This document shows, in pieces, positions 32,489 through 42,900 of a stretch of 64,000 nucleotides of DNA. The notes under the pieces are model-generated. The model was not told where the DNA came from, searched no databases, and saw only the letters and a program-made list of their open reading frames with translations. The DNA is taken from the NCBI GenBank assembly GCA_024680555.1, contig JAILCC010000003.1, positions 4,052 to 68,051 of the forward strand. Reading direction: 5' to 3'. This DNA is from a bacterium (lineage in GTDB: Bacteria; Cyanobacteriota; Vampirovibrionia; Gastranaerophilales; JAILCC01). The position numbers were made by a program, and so were the translations under genes. Position 1 is the first letter of the stretch. Every line of letters starts with the position of its first letter.

Positions 32489-33652
32489 ATGAAACGAAAA
32501 ATCAATACAAAAATTAAACGCAGAGATAAAAAACAAGAGTATGACCTTGATGGTATTCCGTCAAGTAGCCGCAAGATGAAATGTTTTAAAAAAAGGCGGC
32601 AGCAAAATCGGATAAGAACCACAATATTCCAGATGCATTCATTGTTGAAGTTTTGCTCTATTATAGCGATGTTGTGGCTTTGTTCAAGACTTATGATTTG
32701 TAAGTATTGGTATCTGCCTCAAAATACTTTTGATGCGTATCCCAATAACCATATACGTATTATCGGCAACAAGATTACTCCAAATGACAAAATTATTGCT
32801 GCTCTCAAACGACATCCTATTCCTAAAAAGCCGATTTATCTTGTTAACACCACCCCTTACGAGGATGAAATTGAAAAATTGAGTCCTGTAAAAAAGGCTT
32901 TTGTCAGACGTTATTGGCTACCCACACGTTTTGAGGTTACGATAGAAGAAGAAATTCCGGTTATAACAATTTCACCCTCGCCTACTGCACCTGAAATTGC
33001 GGCATTGACGAGCAAAGGCAGAGTTATTGATAAAGAGTATCTGCCTATTGACCACAAAAAGTACAATACTTTTAAAATTCTTACCTATGATGATTTTAAT
33101 GAATGGACAAGCGAAGAAATTTACCACTTATCCGTTTTGGCTCAAAGAATTGAAGACTATTCCGGTGAAAATCTTGTATATCTTGATATAAGAAACAAAA
33201 ATGATGTTTTCGCACAAATTGAAACGATAAAAATACGTATCGGCGAACTTAATTCTACGCTGAAAGAGCGTATTGAACGCCTAAGCTCCGTTATTCCGCA
33301 AATTAGAGATTTGAATTTGGAACGTCAAACAGAGTATGTTGATTTGAGATGGGATAATACAACTTATTTGAAGAAAAAATCTAAGACCTCTGCTATAACA
33401 GAACCTAAACCGCCGGAAGATTACAAGCAAAATGCTGAGGAGAAAAAAGCTGAGCATTCGGTTTCTGAAAACAAAAAACAAGATGCCGCAAAGCATCAAG
33501 ATAAGAAAGAATCTCTAAAACCCGAAAAGCCTCAACCAAAGCAAGAAACTAAGCCGTCTCAGAAACCTGCAGCTCAAACGAAGCCGACTTCTCAAAAACA
33601 AGCTGAGCCAAAACCGCTTCCAAATATTGATATTCAAATTGTTGAACCGTAA
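32489..33652 (+). CDS. ftsQ: Cell division protein FtsQ/DivIB-like (POTRA) with a Lys/Pro/Gln-rich C-terminal tail
   Basis: Basic N-terminus, one TM helix (LLKFCSIIAMLWLCS), a POTRA-like IRIIGNKITPNDKII...VRRYWLPTRFEVTIEEEIPV, and the position after murC-murB-ddl. ATG 32489 lies 2 nt after the ddl stop; the track uses TTG 32474. Confidence 0.75.
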   Translation: MKRKINTKIKRRDKKQEYDLDGIPSSSRKMKCFKKRRQQNRIRTTIFQMHSLLKFCSIIAMLWLCSRLMICKYWYLPQNTFDAYPNNHIRIIGNKITPNDKIIAALKRHPIPKKPIYLVNTTPYEDEIEKLSPVKKAFVRRYWLPTRFEVTIEEEIPVITISPSPTAPEIAALTSKGRVIDKEYLPIDHKKYNTFKILTYDDFNEWTSEEIYHLSVLAQRIEDYSGENLVYLDIRNKNDVFAQIETIKIRIGELNSTLKERIERLSSVIPQIRDLNLERQTEYVDLRWDNTTYLKKKSKTSAITEPKPPEDYKQNAEEKKAEHSVSENKKQDAAKHQDKKESLKPEKPQPKQETKPSQKPAAQTKPTSQKQAEPKPLPNIDIQIVEP

Positions 33653-33777
33653 AATTATTGTTACAAAATCATTAAATATCTTGACTCTGCATACCACTTT
33701 TGGTACAACAATATAAAGATATTTAGGGTGTAGAAAATGAGAGATTTGACTTTTAAAATATTTATATAGTTTTGCGG

Positions 33778-33810
33778 AAAGAGAAAAGCTATTCGCTTTT
33801 CTCTTTTTTT
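33778..33810 (+). terminator. Strong stem-loop plus T-run between ftsQ and pyrK (ftsQ terminator and/or pyr leader attenuator)
   Basis: 12-bp perfect stem aaagagaaaagc/gcttttctcttt with a 5-nt loop, followed by a T-run, 25 nt upstream of the pyrK GTG start. Confidence 0.8.
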
Positions 33811-33834
33811 ATATTTTAGGCGGGAGAACAAAGA

Positions 33835-34566
33835 GTGAAAAAGATATACAAGGGACGAGTTACAGAAGTAAAACAGGCAGCAACAGACCTGTATTATATA
33901 AAAATATCTGCGGCAAACTTTTCTGCAAATGCAGGGCAGTTTATTTCCGTTCTTTGCGACAATTGCACTTTGCGCAGACCATTTTCTGTTATGGACTGTG
34001 AAAACGGTGTAATTACGATTCTTTTTAAGTTGAAAGGAAAAGGCACTAACTACATAAAAAATTTAAAAGAAGGTGACGATATTGATTTTTCGGGCCCATT
34101 CGGAAACGGCTTTTCCTTGACTGATAAGCGCTCGTTAATTATAGGTGCAGGCGTGGGTGTTGCACCGGTGCTTTTTTTGAAGAAAGAGTTTGATAAGAAA
34201 GGTGTTGAGTCAAGAATAATAGGTGGTTTTTTGAACAAAGATGCCATTCCTGCAAACATAAATCTTGATATGATTTCTACAGATGACGGTAGTCTCGGCA
34301 AAAAAGGGAGCATCGTAAACTTTTTGAAAGACGAGATAAAAAATTATGCCCCATATCGCATATACGCTTGCGGCCCCTCTATTGTTCTCGAAAAAATTTG
34401 CGAAACGGCATCCCAATACGGTATCCAAACCCAAATTGCTATGGAAAAAGAAATGGCTTGTTCGATTGGTGTTTGCAGAGGATGTGCAATAACCCTGAAA
34501 AACGGCAAAAATGCGACTGTCTGCAAAGATGGCCCTGTTTTTAGCGGGGAGGATATAAAATGGTAG
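33835..34566 (+). CDS. pyrK: Dihydroorotate dehydrogenase electron transfer subunit (class 1B)
   Basis: FAD/NAD-binding fold with RRPFSV, and the C-terminal 2Fe-2S motif MACSIGVCRGCAI...VCKDGPVF. GTG start. Confidence 0.9.
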   Translation: MKKIYKGRVTEVKQAATDLYYIKISAANFSANAGQFISVLCDNCTLRRPFSVMDCENGVITILFKLKGKGTNYIKNLKEGDDIDFSGPFGNGFSLTDKRSLIIGAGVGVAPVLFLKKEFDKKGVESRIIGGFLNKDAIPANINLDMISTDDGSLGKKGSIVNFLKDEIKNYAPYRIYACGPSIVLEKICETASQYGIQTQIAMEKEMACSIGVCRGCAITLKNGKNATVCKDGPVFSGEDIKW

Positions 34567-35489
34567 ATTTAAGTGTTAATTTAAACGGTCTTATTTTAAA
34601 AAATCCTATTCTGACTGCATCGGGAACATACGGCTATGCCGATGAATATGATGATTTCCTTTCTGTGAAAAATATTGGCGCTATTGTAACAAAGGCGATT
34701 TCCTTGGAGCCAAGAAGCGGAAATACCGGCAGGCGAATTATGGAAACTGATGCGGGTATGATAAATTCTATAGGACTTGAAAATATGGGAATAAAAGCTT
34801 TCCTTGAGAACGTTTTACCCAAACTTGAAGAGGAACGTATTTCGTATATTGTAAATATTGCGGGTGCAACTTTTGATGAATATATTGAGCTTGGTAAAAT
34901 ATGCGAAAATAGCAGAATACGTGCTATTGAATTAAATCTTTCCTGCCCGAATGTTCATGCGGGATGTTTGGAATTCGGTACAGATGAGGGTTCTTTGTAT
35001 AGCCTCGTAAATGCGGTGCGTAATGTGTATTCTGGTAAGCTTATTGCAAAACTTACTCCCAATGTTACAGATATAACAAAAATAGCAATTGCTGCACAGA
35101 ATGCAGGTGCGGACTTGATTTCTGCCATAAATACAGTCAAGGCATCAGGTGTCAGAATATCTTATGTCAGGGGTAAATTTTATCAGGAGCGTATCAATGG
35201 CGGACTTTCCGGTATGGGAATTAAGCCTGTTGCATTGAGAGCAGTCAGTTCAATAAGTGAGGCGGTAAATATTCCAATTATCGGTATGGGTGGTATTTCG
35301 TCCCTGAATGATATTTTTGAATTTATTTCAGTCGGGGCGGACGCATTTCAAATCGGTACTGCCAATTTTACTCATCCGACTATTGCTGAGGATTTGGTTA
35401 ATCAACTGGCGGAATTTATTGAATACAACGGTTTTGCTTCTTATGAAGAATTAAAAAATAAAATCAGAGAGGATATAAAAAATGAGTAA
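34560..35489 (+). CDS. pyrD: Dihydroorotate dehydrogenase 1B, catalytic subunit
   Basis: PILTASGT, GLENMG, ELNLSCPNV and GGLSG motifs. It overlaps the pyrK 3' end by 7 nt. Confidence 0.95.
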   Translation: MVDLSVNLNGLILKNPILTASGTYGYADEYDDFLSVKNIGAIVTKAISLEPRSGNTGRRIMETDAGMINSIGLENMGIKAFLENVLPKLEEERISYIVNIAGATFDEYIELGKICENSRIRAIELNLSCPNVHAGCLEFGTDEGSLYSLVNAVRNVYSGKLIAKLTPNVTDITKIAIAAQNAGADLISAINTVKASGVRISYVRGKFYQERINGGLSGMGIKPVALRAVSSISEAVNIPIIGMGGISSLNDIFEFISVGADAFQIGTANFTHPTIAEDLVNQLAEFIEYNGFASYEELKNKIREDIKNE

Positions 35490-36060
35490 TGAAGTCTTAG
35501 AAATTTTAGAAAAAACAAATGGGTTATTGAAAGGGCATTTTTGTTTGACGTCGGGTTTGCACTCGGATGAGTATTTTCAGTGTGCAAAATTATACCAATA
35601 TCCCGAATATACGGAAAAAATCGGGCAAATGCTTGCCCAAAAACTTTGCGGAATTAATTTTGATACGGTTATTGCGCCTGCGGTAGGTGCGGTGATTATC
35701 GGTTATGAAACCGCAAAACAATGTAAAAAACGCAACCTTTTCGTTGAAAGAAAAGACGGTATTATGCAATTACGACGTGGTTACAAGCTTTCCAAGGGAG
35801 AAAGGGTGGTTATTATAGAAGACGTTATTACTACCGCTCGTACCATCAAGGAAACAATAGAGGCAATAAAGGAATTTGAACCTGAAGTTGTTGCGGTCGG
35901 CTGCATAGTTGACAGAAGTTGCGGAAAAACAGGCTTAAATATAATTTCACTTGCACAAGTTACTCCGAAAACATTTGAGCCGGATGATTGTCCGTTGTGT
36001 CAGGCAGGAATTCCGATAGAAAAACCGGGAAGCAGACAAGAGGTAAAGGTTAATGCTTAG
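35482..36060 (+). CDS. pyrE: Orotate phosphoribosyltransferase
   Basis: LKGHFCLTSGLHSDEYFQC and the PRPP-binding motif VVIIEDVITTARTI. Confidence 0.9.
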   Translation: MSNEVLEILEKTNGLLKGHFCLTSGLHSDEYFQCAKLYQYPEYTEKIGQMLAQKLCGINFDTVIAPAVGAVIIGYETAKQCKKRNLFVERKDGIMQLRRGYKLSKGERVVIIEDVITTARTIKETIEAIKEFEPEVVAVGCIVDRSCGKTGLNIISLAQVTPKTFEPDDCPLCQAGIPIEKPGSRQEVKVNA

Positions 36061-36955
36061 TAATTTTATAAAAATATCTCATTTGTCAAAAGATGAAATT
36101 TCATCGCTGATAGCTGATGCGCAGGATTTTAAACGCTCTTTGAAATCTTCTGATGTTAGCGGCAAGACGGCGTGCTTAATGTTTTTTGAAAACTCTACGA
36201 GAACAAAAATTTCATTTGAAATTGCAGCCAAAAATCTCGGAATGAGGGTTATAAACTTTGACAATGCAACATCTTCAATAAACAAAGGAGAATCTCTCAA
36301 GGAAACCGTTGAAAATCTTTATTTTATAGGAATAGATGTTGTAATAATCCGAACTTCGGACGATGATTTAATAGAAGAATTGCGCAGACAGGTTGCGTAC
36401 CCGATAAAATTCATAAATGCCGGTTCGGGTAAAACATCCCACCCCTCACAGGCGTTGCTTGATTATTTTACAATGAAAGAACGTCTTATTGATTTGAACG
36501 ATAAGAAAATCACAATTGTTGGTGATATTGAACATTCAAGGGTTGCAAAGTCTAATATTGCTTTGCTTAAAAATTTCGGGGCAAACATTGTGGTGTGTGC
36601 GCCCGAGTTTTTCAAACCCCAATCTGAACTTGAGGGTGCGACATTTGAAGCTGATTTGAAACTTGCAATTGCCGATGCGGATGTTGTTATGGGGTTAAGA
36701 ATTCAGCGTGAACGTATATTGCAAGCATATAGCGAACAAGAATATATTGATAATTACCGCCTAAGTTCGCAGCTTTTAAACGAGTATGCCCCGAATGCAA
36801 TTCTTATGCACCCGGGACCTGTTAACAGGGATATTGAAATAACTTCCGAATTATTAGACTCACGCAAGGGCAAAATTATCCTTGAACAAGCAAGAAACGG
36901 TGTCTTTACAAGAATGGCAATTTTAAATCAATTACTGGGGGAAATTGAATTATGA
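36053..36955 (+). CDS. pyrB: Aspartate carbamoyltransferase catalytic subunit
   Basis: FENSTRTKISFEIAAKNLG, HPSQALLD and MHPGPVNR motifs. No pyrI follows. Confidence 0.95.
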   Translation: MLSNFIKISHLSKDEISSLIADAQDFKRSLKSSDVSGKTACLMFFENSTRTKISFEIAAKNLGMRVINFDNATSSINKGESLKETVENLYFIGIDVVIIRTSDDDLIEELRRQVAYPIKFINAGSGKTSHPSQALLDYFTMKERLIDLNDKKITIVGDIEHSRVAKSNIALLKNFGANIVVCAPEFFKPQSELEGATFEADLKLAIADADVVMGLRIQRERILQAYSEQEYIDNYRLSSQLLNEYAPNAILMHPGPVNRDIEITSELLDSRKGKIILEQARNGVFTRMAILNQLLGEIEL

Positions 36956-38118
36956 TATTAAAAAATGCCCTTATCCTTGAAAAAAATGAAGTCTTGGATG
37001 TGAAAATCGAGGACGGTATCATTGTTGAAATTTCTGAGAATATTCAAGGCGACGGCATTGATTTGGACGGAAAAATTCTTTCCCGAGGCTTTATTGATAT
37101 GCACTGCCATTTACGAGAACCCGGCTATGAGTATAAAGAAACTATAGAAACAGGTATAGCTTCAGCTATAAACGGCGGTTATTGTGCAATTTGTCCAATG
37201 GCTAATACAAAACCGGTTTGTGATAATCTTGATACATTAAAATTCATTCAATCAAAGGCAAACGGATATAACCTTTTCCCGATTTGTGCTACGACAAAAA
37301 ATCTTGATGGTATTGAGCTTGCACCCATCAATGAATTAAAATCAGCAGGGGCTATTGCTTTTTCTAATGACGGTAAACCTGTTTTAAATCAGGAAGTTTT
37401 GGCAAAAGCGCTCCAAACAAATGAACTTATAATTTCTCATGCGGAAGTTATGGAATTAAATGGAACTTCTGAAAGCGAATTTGAGGCGGTAAAAAGAGAA
37501 ATTGAGACTCTGCGTAAAGTTGGCGGAAAGTATCATTTTGCACATATTTCCACCAAAGAAAGTGTTGACCTGATTAGAAAAGCAAAGGCTGAGGGGTTGA
37601 AGCTTACTTGCGAAACTGCTCCTCACTATATCTCTTTAACAAAGTTTGACGGACTTGAAAATAATCCGATTTTCAAGGTCAATCCGCCGTTGAGAGAGGA
37701 AGCGGACAGAATTGCTGTTATTGAGGGATTGAAAGATGGCACAATAGATGTTATTGCTACTGACCATGCGCCACACAGCGTATATGAAAAAAATATGCCG
37801 TTTGCTGAAGCACCGATGGGAATGGTTGGGTTTGAAACTGCTATAGGTGTGACGTTAACGTATTTGAAAGATGTTATGCCGATTAGCAAAATAATTGAAA
37901 AATTTACGGCAAATCCAGCAAAAATTTTGGGCATAGATGATTTTGGAGAAATTAAAACAGGAAACAAGGCTAATTTAACCGTTATAGCCCCTGAGTTGGA
38001 GTGGATTGTGAACGGTGGAAACTTTAAATCAAAATGCAATTTTACCCCCTTTGAAGGTAAAAAACTTTTCGGAAAATCTGTAATGACTGTTGTAAACGGA
38101 GTGATATATGAACATTAA
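36952..38118 (+). CDS. pyrC: Dihydroorotase
   Basis: FIDMHCHLREPG metal-binding motif and ATDHAPH. It overlaps pyrB by 4 nt. Confidence 0.9.
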   Translation: MILKNALILEKNEVLDVKIEDGIIVEISENIQGDGIDLDGKILSRGFIDMHCHLREPGYEYKETIETGIASAINGGYCAICPMANTKPVCDNLDTLKFIQSKANGYNLFPICATTKNLDGIELAPINELKSAGAIAFSNDGKPVLNQEVLAKALQTNELIISHAEVMELNGTSESEFEAVKREIETLRKVGGKYHFAHISTKESVDLIRKAKAEGLKLTCETAPHYISLTKFDGLENNPIFKVNPPLREEADRIAVIEGLKDGTIDVIATDHAPHSVYEKNMPFAEAPMGMVGFETAIGVTLTYLKDVMPISKIIEKFTANPAKILGIDDFGEIKTGNKANLTVIAPELEWIVNGGNFKSKCNFTPFEGKKLFGKSVMTVVNGVIYEH

Positions 38119-38842
38119 CCCTAAAATTAAAGAAAAAATCGTTCTTGCGCTTGATGTGACTACAATTGATGAAGCAAAGGAACTTATAAACGAGTTGAAA
38201 GATTATGTAGGTGTATTCAAGGTAGGCTTGCAGTTTTATACAGGAAACGGTGATGAATTATTCAGGCTCATGAATGATATGAAGCTAAAATATTTCTTGG
38301 ATGTAAAACTTATGGATATTCCTAATACCGTTGCAAAGGCATCGGAAAACATTATTGCTAAAGGTGCCGATTTCTTTAATATACACGCACTCGGTGGTAA
38401 AGAAATGATGCAAAAATGTGTTGAAGCTGCAAATTCTGCGGCGGAAAAGTTGGGGCGTGAAATGCCGACTATACTTGCGGTGACAATTCTTACAAGTATA
38501 AGTGATGAAAAACTACACAATGAGCTTGGTATAAACGAAAATGTTAGCGAATATGTATTAAAATTGGCGAAATTGGCAAAAGATGCCGGTGTTACAGGTG
38601 TTGTGGCGAGTGTGTTTGAAGCAAAAAGAATAAAAGAAGCTTGCGGAAATGATTTCAAAGTTTTGTGTCCCGGCATCAGACCTGTCTGGTCGGCAAAAAA
38701 TGACCAGCAAAGACTTGCTACACCTACTCTTGCCCTAAACGAAGGAGCTGATTATCTTGTTATAGGCAGAGCCGTGACGGCTGCATCAGACAGAGTAGAA
38801 GCAATGAAGAAAATTTACGAAGAAATTGAGGAAATATTATGA
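38108..38842 (+). CDS. pyrF: Orotidine 5'-phosphate decarboxylase
   Basis: LALDV...FKVGLQF...DVKLMDIPNTV motifs. Confidence 0.9.
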   Translation: MNINPKIKEKIVLALDVTTIDEAKELINELKDYVGVFKVGLQFYTGNGDELFRLMNDMKLKYFLDVKLMDIPNTVAKASENIIAKGADFFNIHALGGKEMMQKCVEAANSAAEKLGREMPTILAVTILTSISDEKLHNELGINENVSEYVLKLAKLAKDAGVTGVVASVFEAKRIKEACGNDFKVLCPGIRPVWSAKNDQQRLATPTLALNEGADYLVIGRAVTAASDRVEAMKKIYEEIEEIL

Positions 38843-39918
38843 TAGCACATCTTTTATTGAGTAACGGTATGGAATTTGACGGCGTATCTGTCGGTGCTGA
38901 AGGTACTGCATACGGCGAAATTTGCTTTAATACCTCTATGGCAGGATATCAGGAAATTCTGACCGATCCGTCATATTCAGAACAAATTATAGTTATGACA
39001 TATCCTGAAATCGGTAACTATGGTATAAACAGAAATGATTTTGAAAATGAAAAAGTCTTTGCAAAAGGTATGGTTATGAAAAATTATTGTTACAATTATA
39101 GCCACTACCTTGCCGAGCAAACCTTATCAGACTATTTGAAATGCAATAATGTTGTCGGTATTTCAGGTGTTGATACACGCAGAATGACAACAATAATAAG
39201 AGAGTCGGGTACTATGTCCTGCCTTATTACTACAGAAAACGTTACTGATGAAATGCGCAAAAAACTTCAAAACTGGCAGATGGATAAAGATGTGGCAAAA
39301 AACGCTTCAAAAAATAAAATTCTTAAATACCCCGGCGATGGTGTAAGATTTGTTGTTATTGATTTGGGCTTGAAAAACAGTATTCTGAAAAATCTTACTA
39401 ATGCTAACTGTGATGTGATATTGCTTCCTTGGTCGGCTACCGAAAAAGATATTTTATCATACGAACCCGATGCGGTTTTGTTTTCAAACGGTCCGGGAAA
39501 TCCCGAAGATGCGGTTGAAACAATTGAGACAATAAAAGGACTCATAGGAAAAGTTCCATTATTCGGTATTTGCCTTGGGTATCAGATTTTGGCTCTTGCA
39601 ATGGGGGCAAAAACCTATAAATTAAAGTATGGTCATAGGGGCGGAAACCACCCTGTCGTTAATCTTCAAACCAATGCGGTTATTTTGACATCCCAAAATC
39701 ACGGTTATGCGGTTGATGAAAAAACATTGAATGATAATGTAATTTTGACTTATAAAAATCTAAATGACGGAACACTTGAAGGCTTTTCGTGTCCCGACTT
39801 GAAAATTGAAGCTGTACAGTTCCATCCGGAAGCTTCTCCCGGACCTATGGATGCTGCGGGTATTTTTAAAAGGTGGATTGAACAAGCAGAAGGATATAAA
39901 TTATGCCAAAAAATGTAG
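38839..39918 (+). CDS. carA: Carbamoyl-phosphate synthase small (glutaminase) subunit
   Basis: TSMAGYQEILTDPSY, the GATase triad region GICLGYQILALAMG...YGHRGGNHPV, and FHPEASPGP. Confidence 0.95.
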   Translation: MIAHLLLSNGMEFDGVSVGAEGTAYGEICFNTSMAGYQEILTDPSYSEQIIVMTYPEIGNYGINRNDFENEKVFAKGMVMKNYCYNYSHYLAEQTLSDYLKCNNVVGISGVDTRRMTTIIRESGTMSCLITTENVTDEMRKKLQNWQMDKDVAKNASKNKILKYPGDGVRFVVIDLGLKNSILKNLTNANCDVILLPWSATEKDILSYEPDAVLFSNGPGNPEDAVETIETIKGLIGKVPLFGICLGYQILALAMGAKTYKLKYGHRGGNHPVVNLQTNAVILTSQNHGYAVDEKTLNDNVILTYKNLNDGTLEGFSCPDLKIEAVQFHPEASPGPMDAAGIFKRWIEQAEGYKLCQKM

Positions 39919-42900
39919 ATATAAAAAAGGTTCTTGTTATTGGTTCGGGACCTATAGTTATAGGACAGGCTGCCGAGTTTGATTATGCTGGTGTGCAAGC
40001 CTGCAGGGCGTTAAAGGAAGAAAATATTGAAGTTGTATTGGTTAACTCCAATCCTGCAACAATTATGACTGATGAAGAAATTGCCGACAGAGTATACATT
40101 GAACCTATAACGGTCGATGCTTTAGAACAAATCATTGCAAAAGAAAGACCTGACGGACTCATAGCCTCGCTTGGCGGTCAAACCGGATTAAATATGGCAA
40201 TGCGACTCCATAAAGAGGGCATTCTTGTCAAATACGGTGTAAAACTTTTGGGCACAAGTATTGAGGCAATTCAAAAGGCTGAAGACAGAGAATTGTTTAA
40301 GCAATTGATGCTTGAAATCGGAGAACCTATTCCCGAAAGCACTACAGTGTCGAACTTTGACGATGCGCAGGATTTTGCAAATAAAGTCGGTTTCCCCTTA
40401 ATTATTCGTCCGGCATTTACGCTTGGAGGTTCAGGTGGCGGTATTGCCACAAACCCCAAAGAATTTGCAAATATCGTTCACACAGGCTTGTTGAGAAGTC
40501 CGATTAACCAAATTTTAATTGAAAAAAGTATTGCCGGTTATAAAGAAATCGAATACGAAGTTATGCGGGATGCAAACGACACCTGTATCATTATATGCAA
40601 TATGGAAAACGTTGATCCTATCGGTATTCACACCGGCGACAGTATTGTTGTTGCGCCTACTCAGACACTTACAAACAAAGAATGTCAAATGTTGAGAACA
40701 TCTGCAATTAAAATTATCAGAGCATTAAAAATTGAGGGGGGGTGCAATGTTCAATTTGCACTTGATCCAAATTCAAATCAATATTTTGTTATTGAAGTAA
40801 ACCCAAGAGTTAGTCGTTCTTCAGCCTTGGCATCCAAGGCGACAGGTTATCCTATTGCAAGAATTACGACTAAAATTGCGACAGGCTATCATTTGCACGA
40901 ATTAAAGAACGCAATTACCCACAAAACTGTTGCCGCTTTTGAACCCGCAATTGATTATGTTGTCACAAAAATTCCGAAATGGCCGTTCGACAAATTTGAA
41001 TCTGGAGACAGACTTCTTGGTACAAAAATGAAAGCAACCGGCGAAATTATGGCTATCGGTAGGACTTTTGAAAGCTCATTTAAAAAGGCGCTAAATTCTT
41101 TGGAGGATAAAAATATTGGTCTTTTCAGAAGAAGATTTAGCGAATATTCTACTGATGAAATCGGTGCGCTACTTCACGTTCAGGATGACAGAAGAATATT
41201 TAGGGTTGCGGAGGCAATAAATCGTGGTGTTGATTTGGAAGAAATCAGCGAAATTACAAAAATTGATAAGTGGTTTATTAACAAAATTGCCCGTTTGGTT
41301 AACTTTGAACAAAAGCTCAAGCAGGAAGAATTAACACCTGACCTATATATGGAAGCTAAAGAGTTGGGTTTTCTTGATGCTGAAATTGCGGTTTTTGCAC
41401 GTAAGCGCCTTGTTGATGTAGAAAAAATTAGGGAAGAAAATAATGTCAGTGCCGTATTTAAGATGGTTGATACGTGTGCAGGAGAATTTGAGGCACGTAC
41501 TCCTTATTATTATTCTGCTTATGGTGAATATAATGAGGCAATTCCTAATCCCGCCGATAAAAGTGTGGTTATTCTCGGTTCTGGTCCGATAAGGATTGGG
41601 CAGGGGATAGAATTTGACTATTGTTCCGTCCACTGTGCGTGGAGTGTTAAAAAACACGGTTACAAGTCTATAATGGTTAATTCAAATCCCGAAACCCTAT
41701 CCACCGATTTTGACATAGCTGACAAACTTTTCTTTGAGCCTATGAACATTGAAACAATAATGAATGTTATAAATAATGAAAAGCCCGAGGGGGTTGTTGT
41801 TCAGTTTGGCGGTCAAACTGCCATAAATCTTGCACCTCAGCTTGCCCAAAGAGGGGTGAGAATTATCGGTACAAGCTTGGAAGCTATAAATACCGCAGAA
41901 GACAGAAAGCTTTTTGAAAAATTGCTCAGAGATTTAAATATACCACAGCCTAAAGGTAAGGCGGTCAGGACAGAAGAAGAAATGCTTGCTGCGGCTGAAG
42001 AACTGGGCTTTCCTCTATTGGTTAGACCGTCCTATGTTATTGGCGGAAGAGGTATGCAGGTTGTATATGATACGGATGAACTTACTGCATATTTTCGCTC
42101 TGCATTGAAGTTTTCGGACGAACATCCTGTATTGATTGACCAATATATCGAAGGTAAAGAGGTGGAAATTGATGCAATTGCTGACGGTGTCGATGTTGTT
42201 ATTCCGGGGATTACCGAGCACATTGAGCGTGCTGGGGTCCATAGCGGCGACAGTATGGCAATTTATCCAACACAAAAAGTTAAGCCTGAAGTCATAGATA
42301 AACTTGTTGAATATACGGAAAAAATTGCTAAAGCTTTGCAGGTTAAAGGCTTGATGAATATTCAATTTGTTCTTAAAGACGATGTTGCGTATGTTATTGA
42401 GGTAAATCCTCGTGCATCAAGAACAGTTCCGATTATGAGTAAAGTTACCGGAATAAAGATGGTTGATATTGCAATGAATGTTGCGTTTGGTCAATCACTA
42501 AAAGCTCAAGGCTTAAAAACAGGTCTTGCGGATAAAACGAGTTTGGTATGTGTAAAAGTTCCGGTATTTTCGTTCCAAAAGCTCAATCGTATTGATCCTG
42601 CGCTCGCTCCGGAGATGAAGTCAACGGGTGAAGTGTTGGGTATAGATACGGTATTTGAAAAAGCTTTAATAAAGGGATTTCTCGCAGCGGGGTATAAATT
42701 CCCATCTCACAGGGGTGATGTGCTGTTATCATTGAATGACCACTTTAAAGAGCAATCTCTTGATATTGCGGAAATTTTATATGACCTAGGTTTCAGAATT
42801 GTAGCCACAACAGGCACGCACAAGTTTCTCAAGGCGCATGGTATTCAGTCCAAGGAAATCGAAAACTTTGATTTGAGAAAAATTCAAGAAGATATGAAAC

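Noticed and set aside
37626-38676. Minus-strand ORFs 37626-38039 (137 aa) and 38236-38676 (146 aa)
   Set aside because: They are antisense to pyrC and pyrF, which have clear catalytic motifs and operon context.
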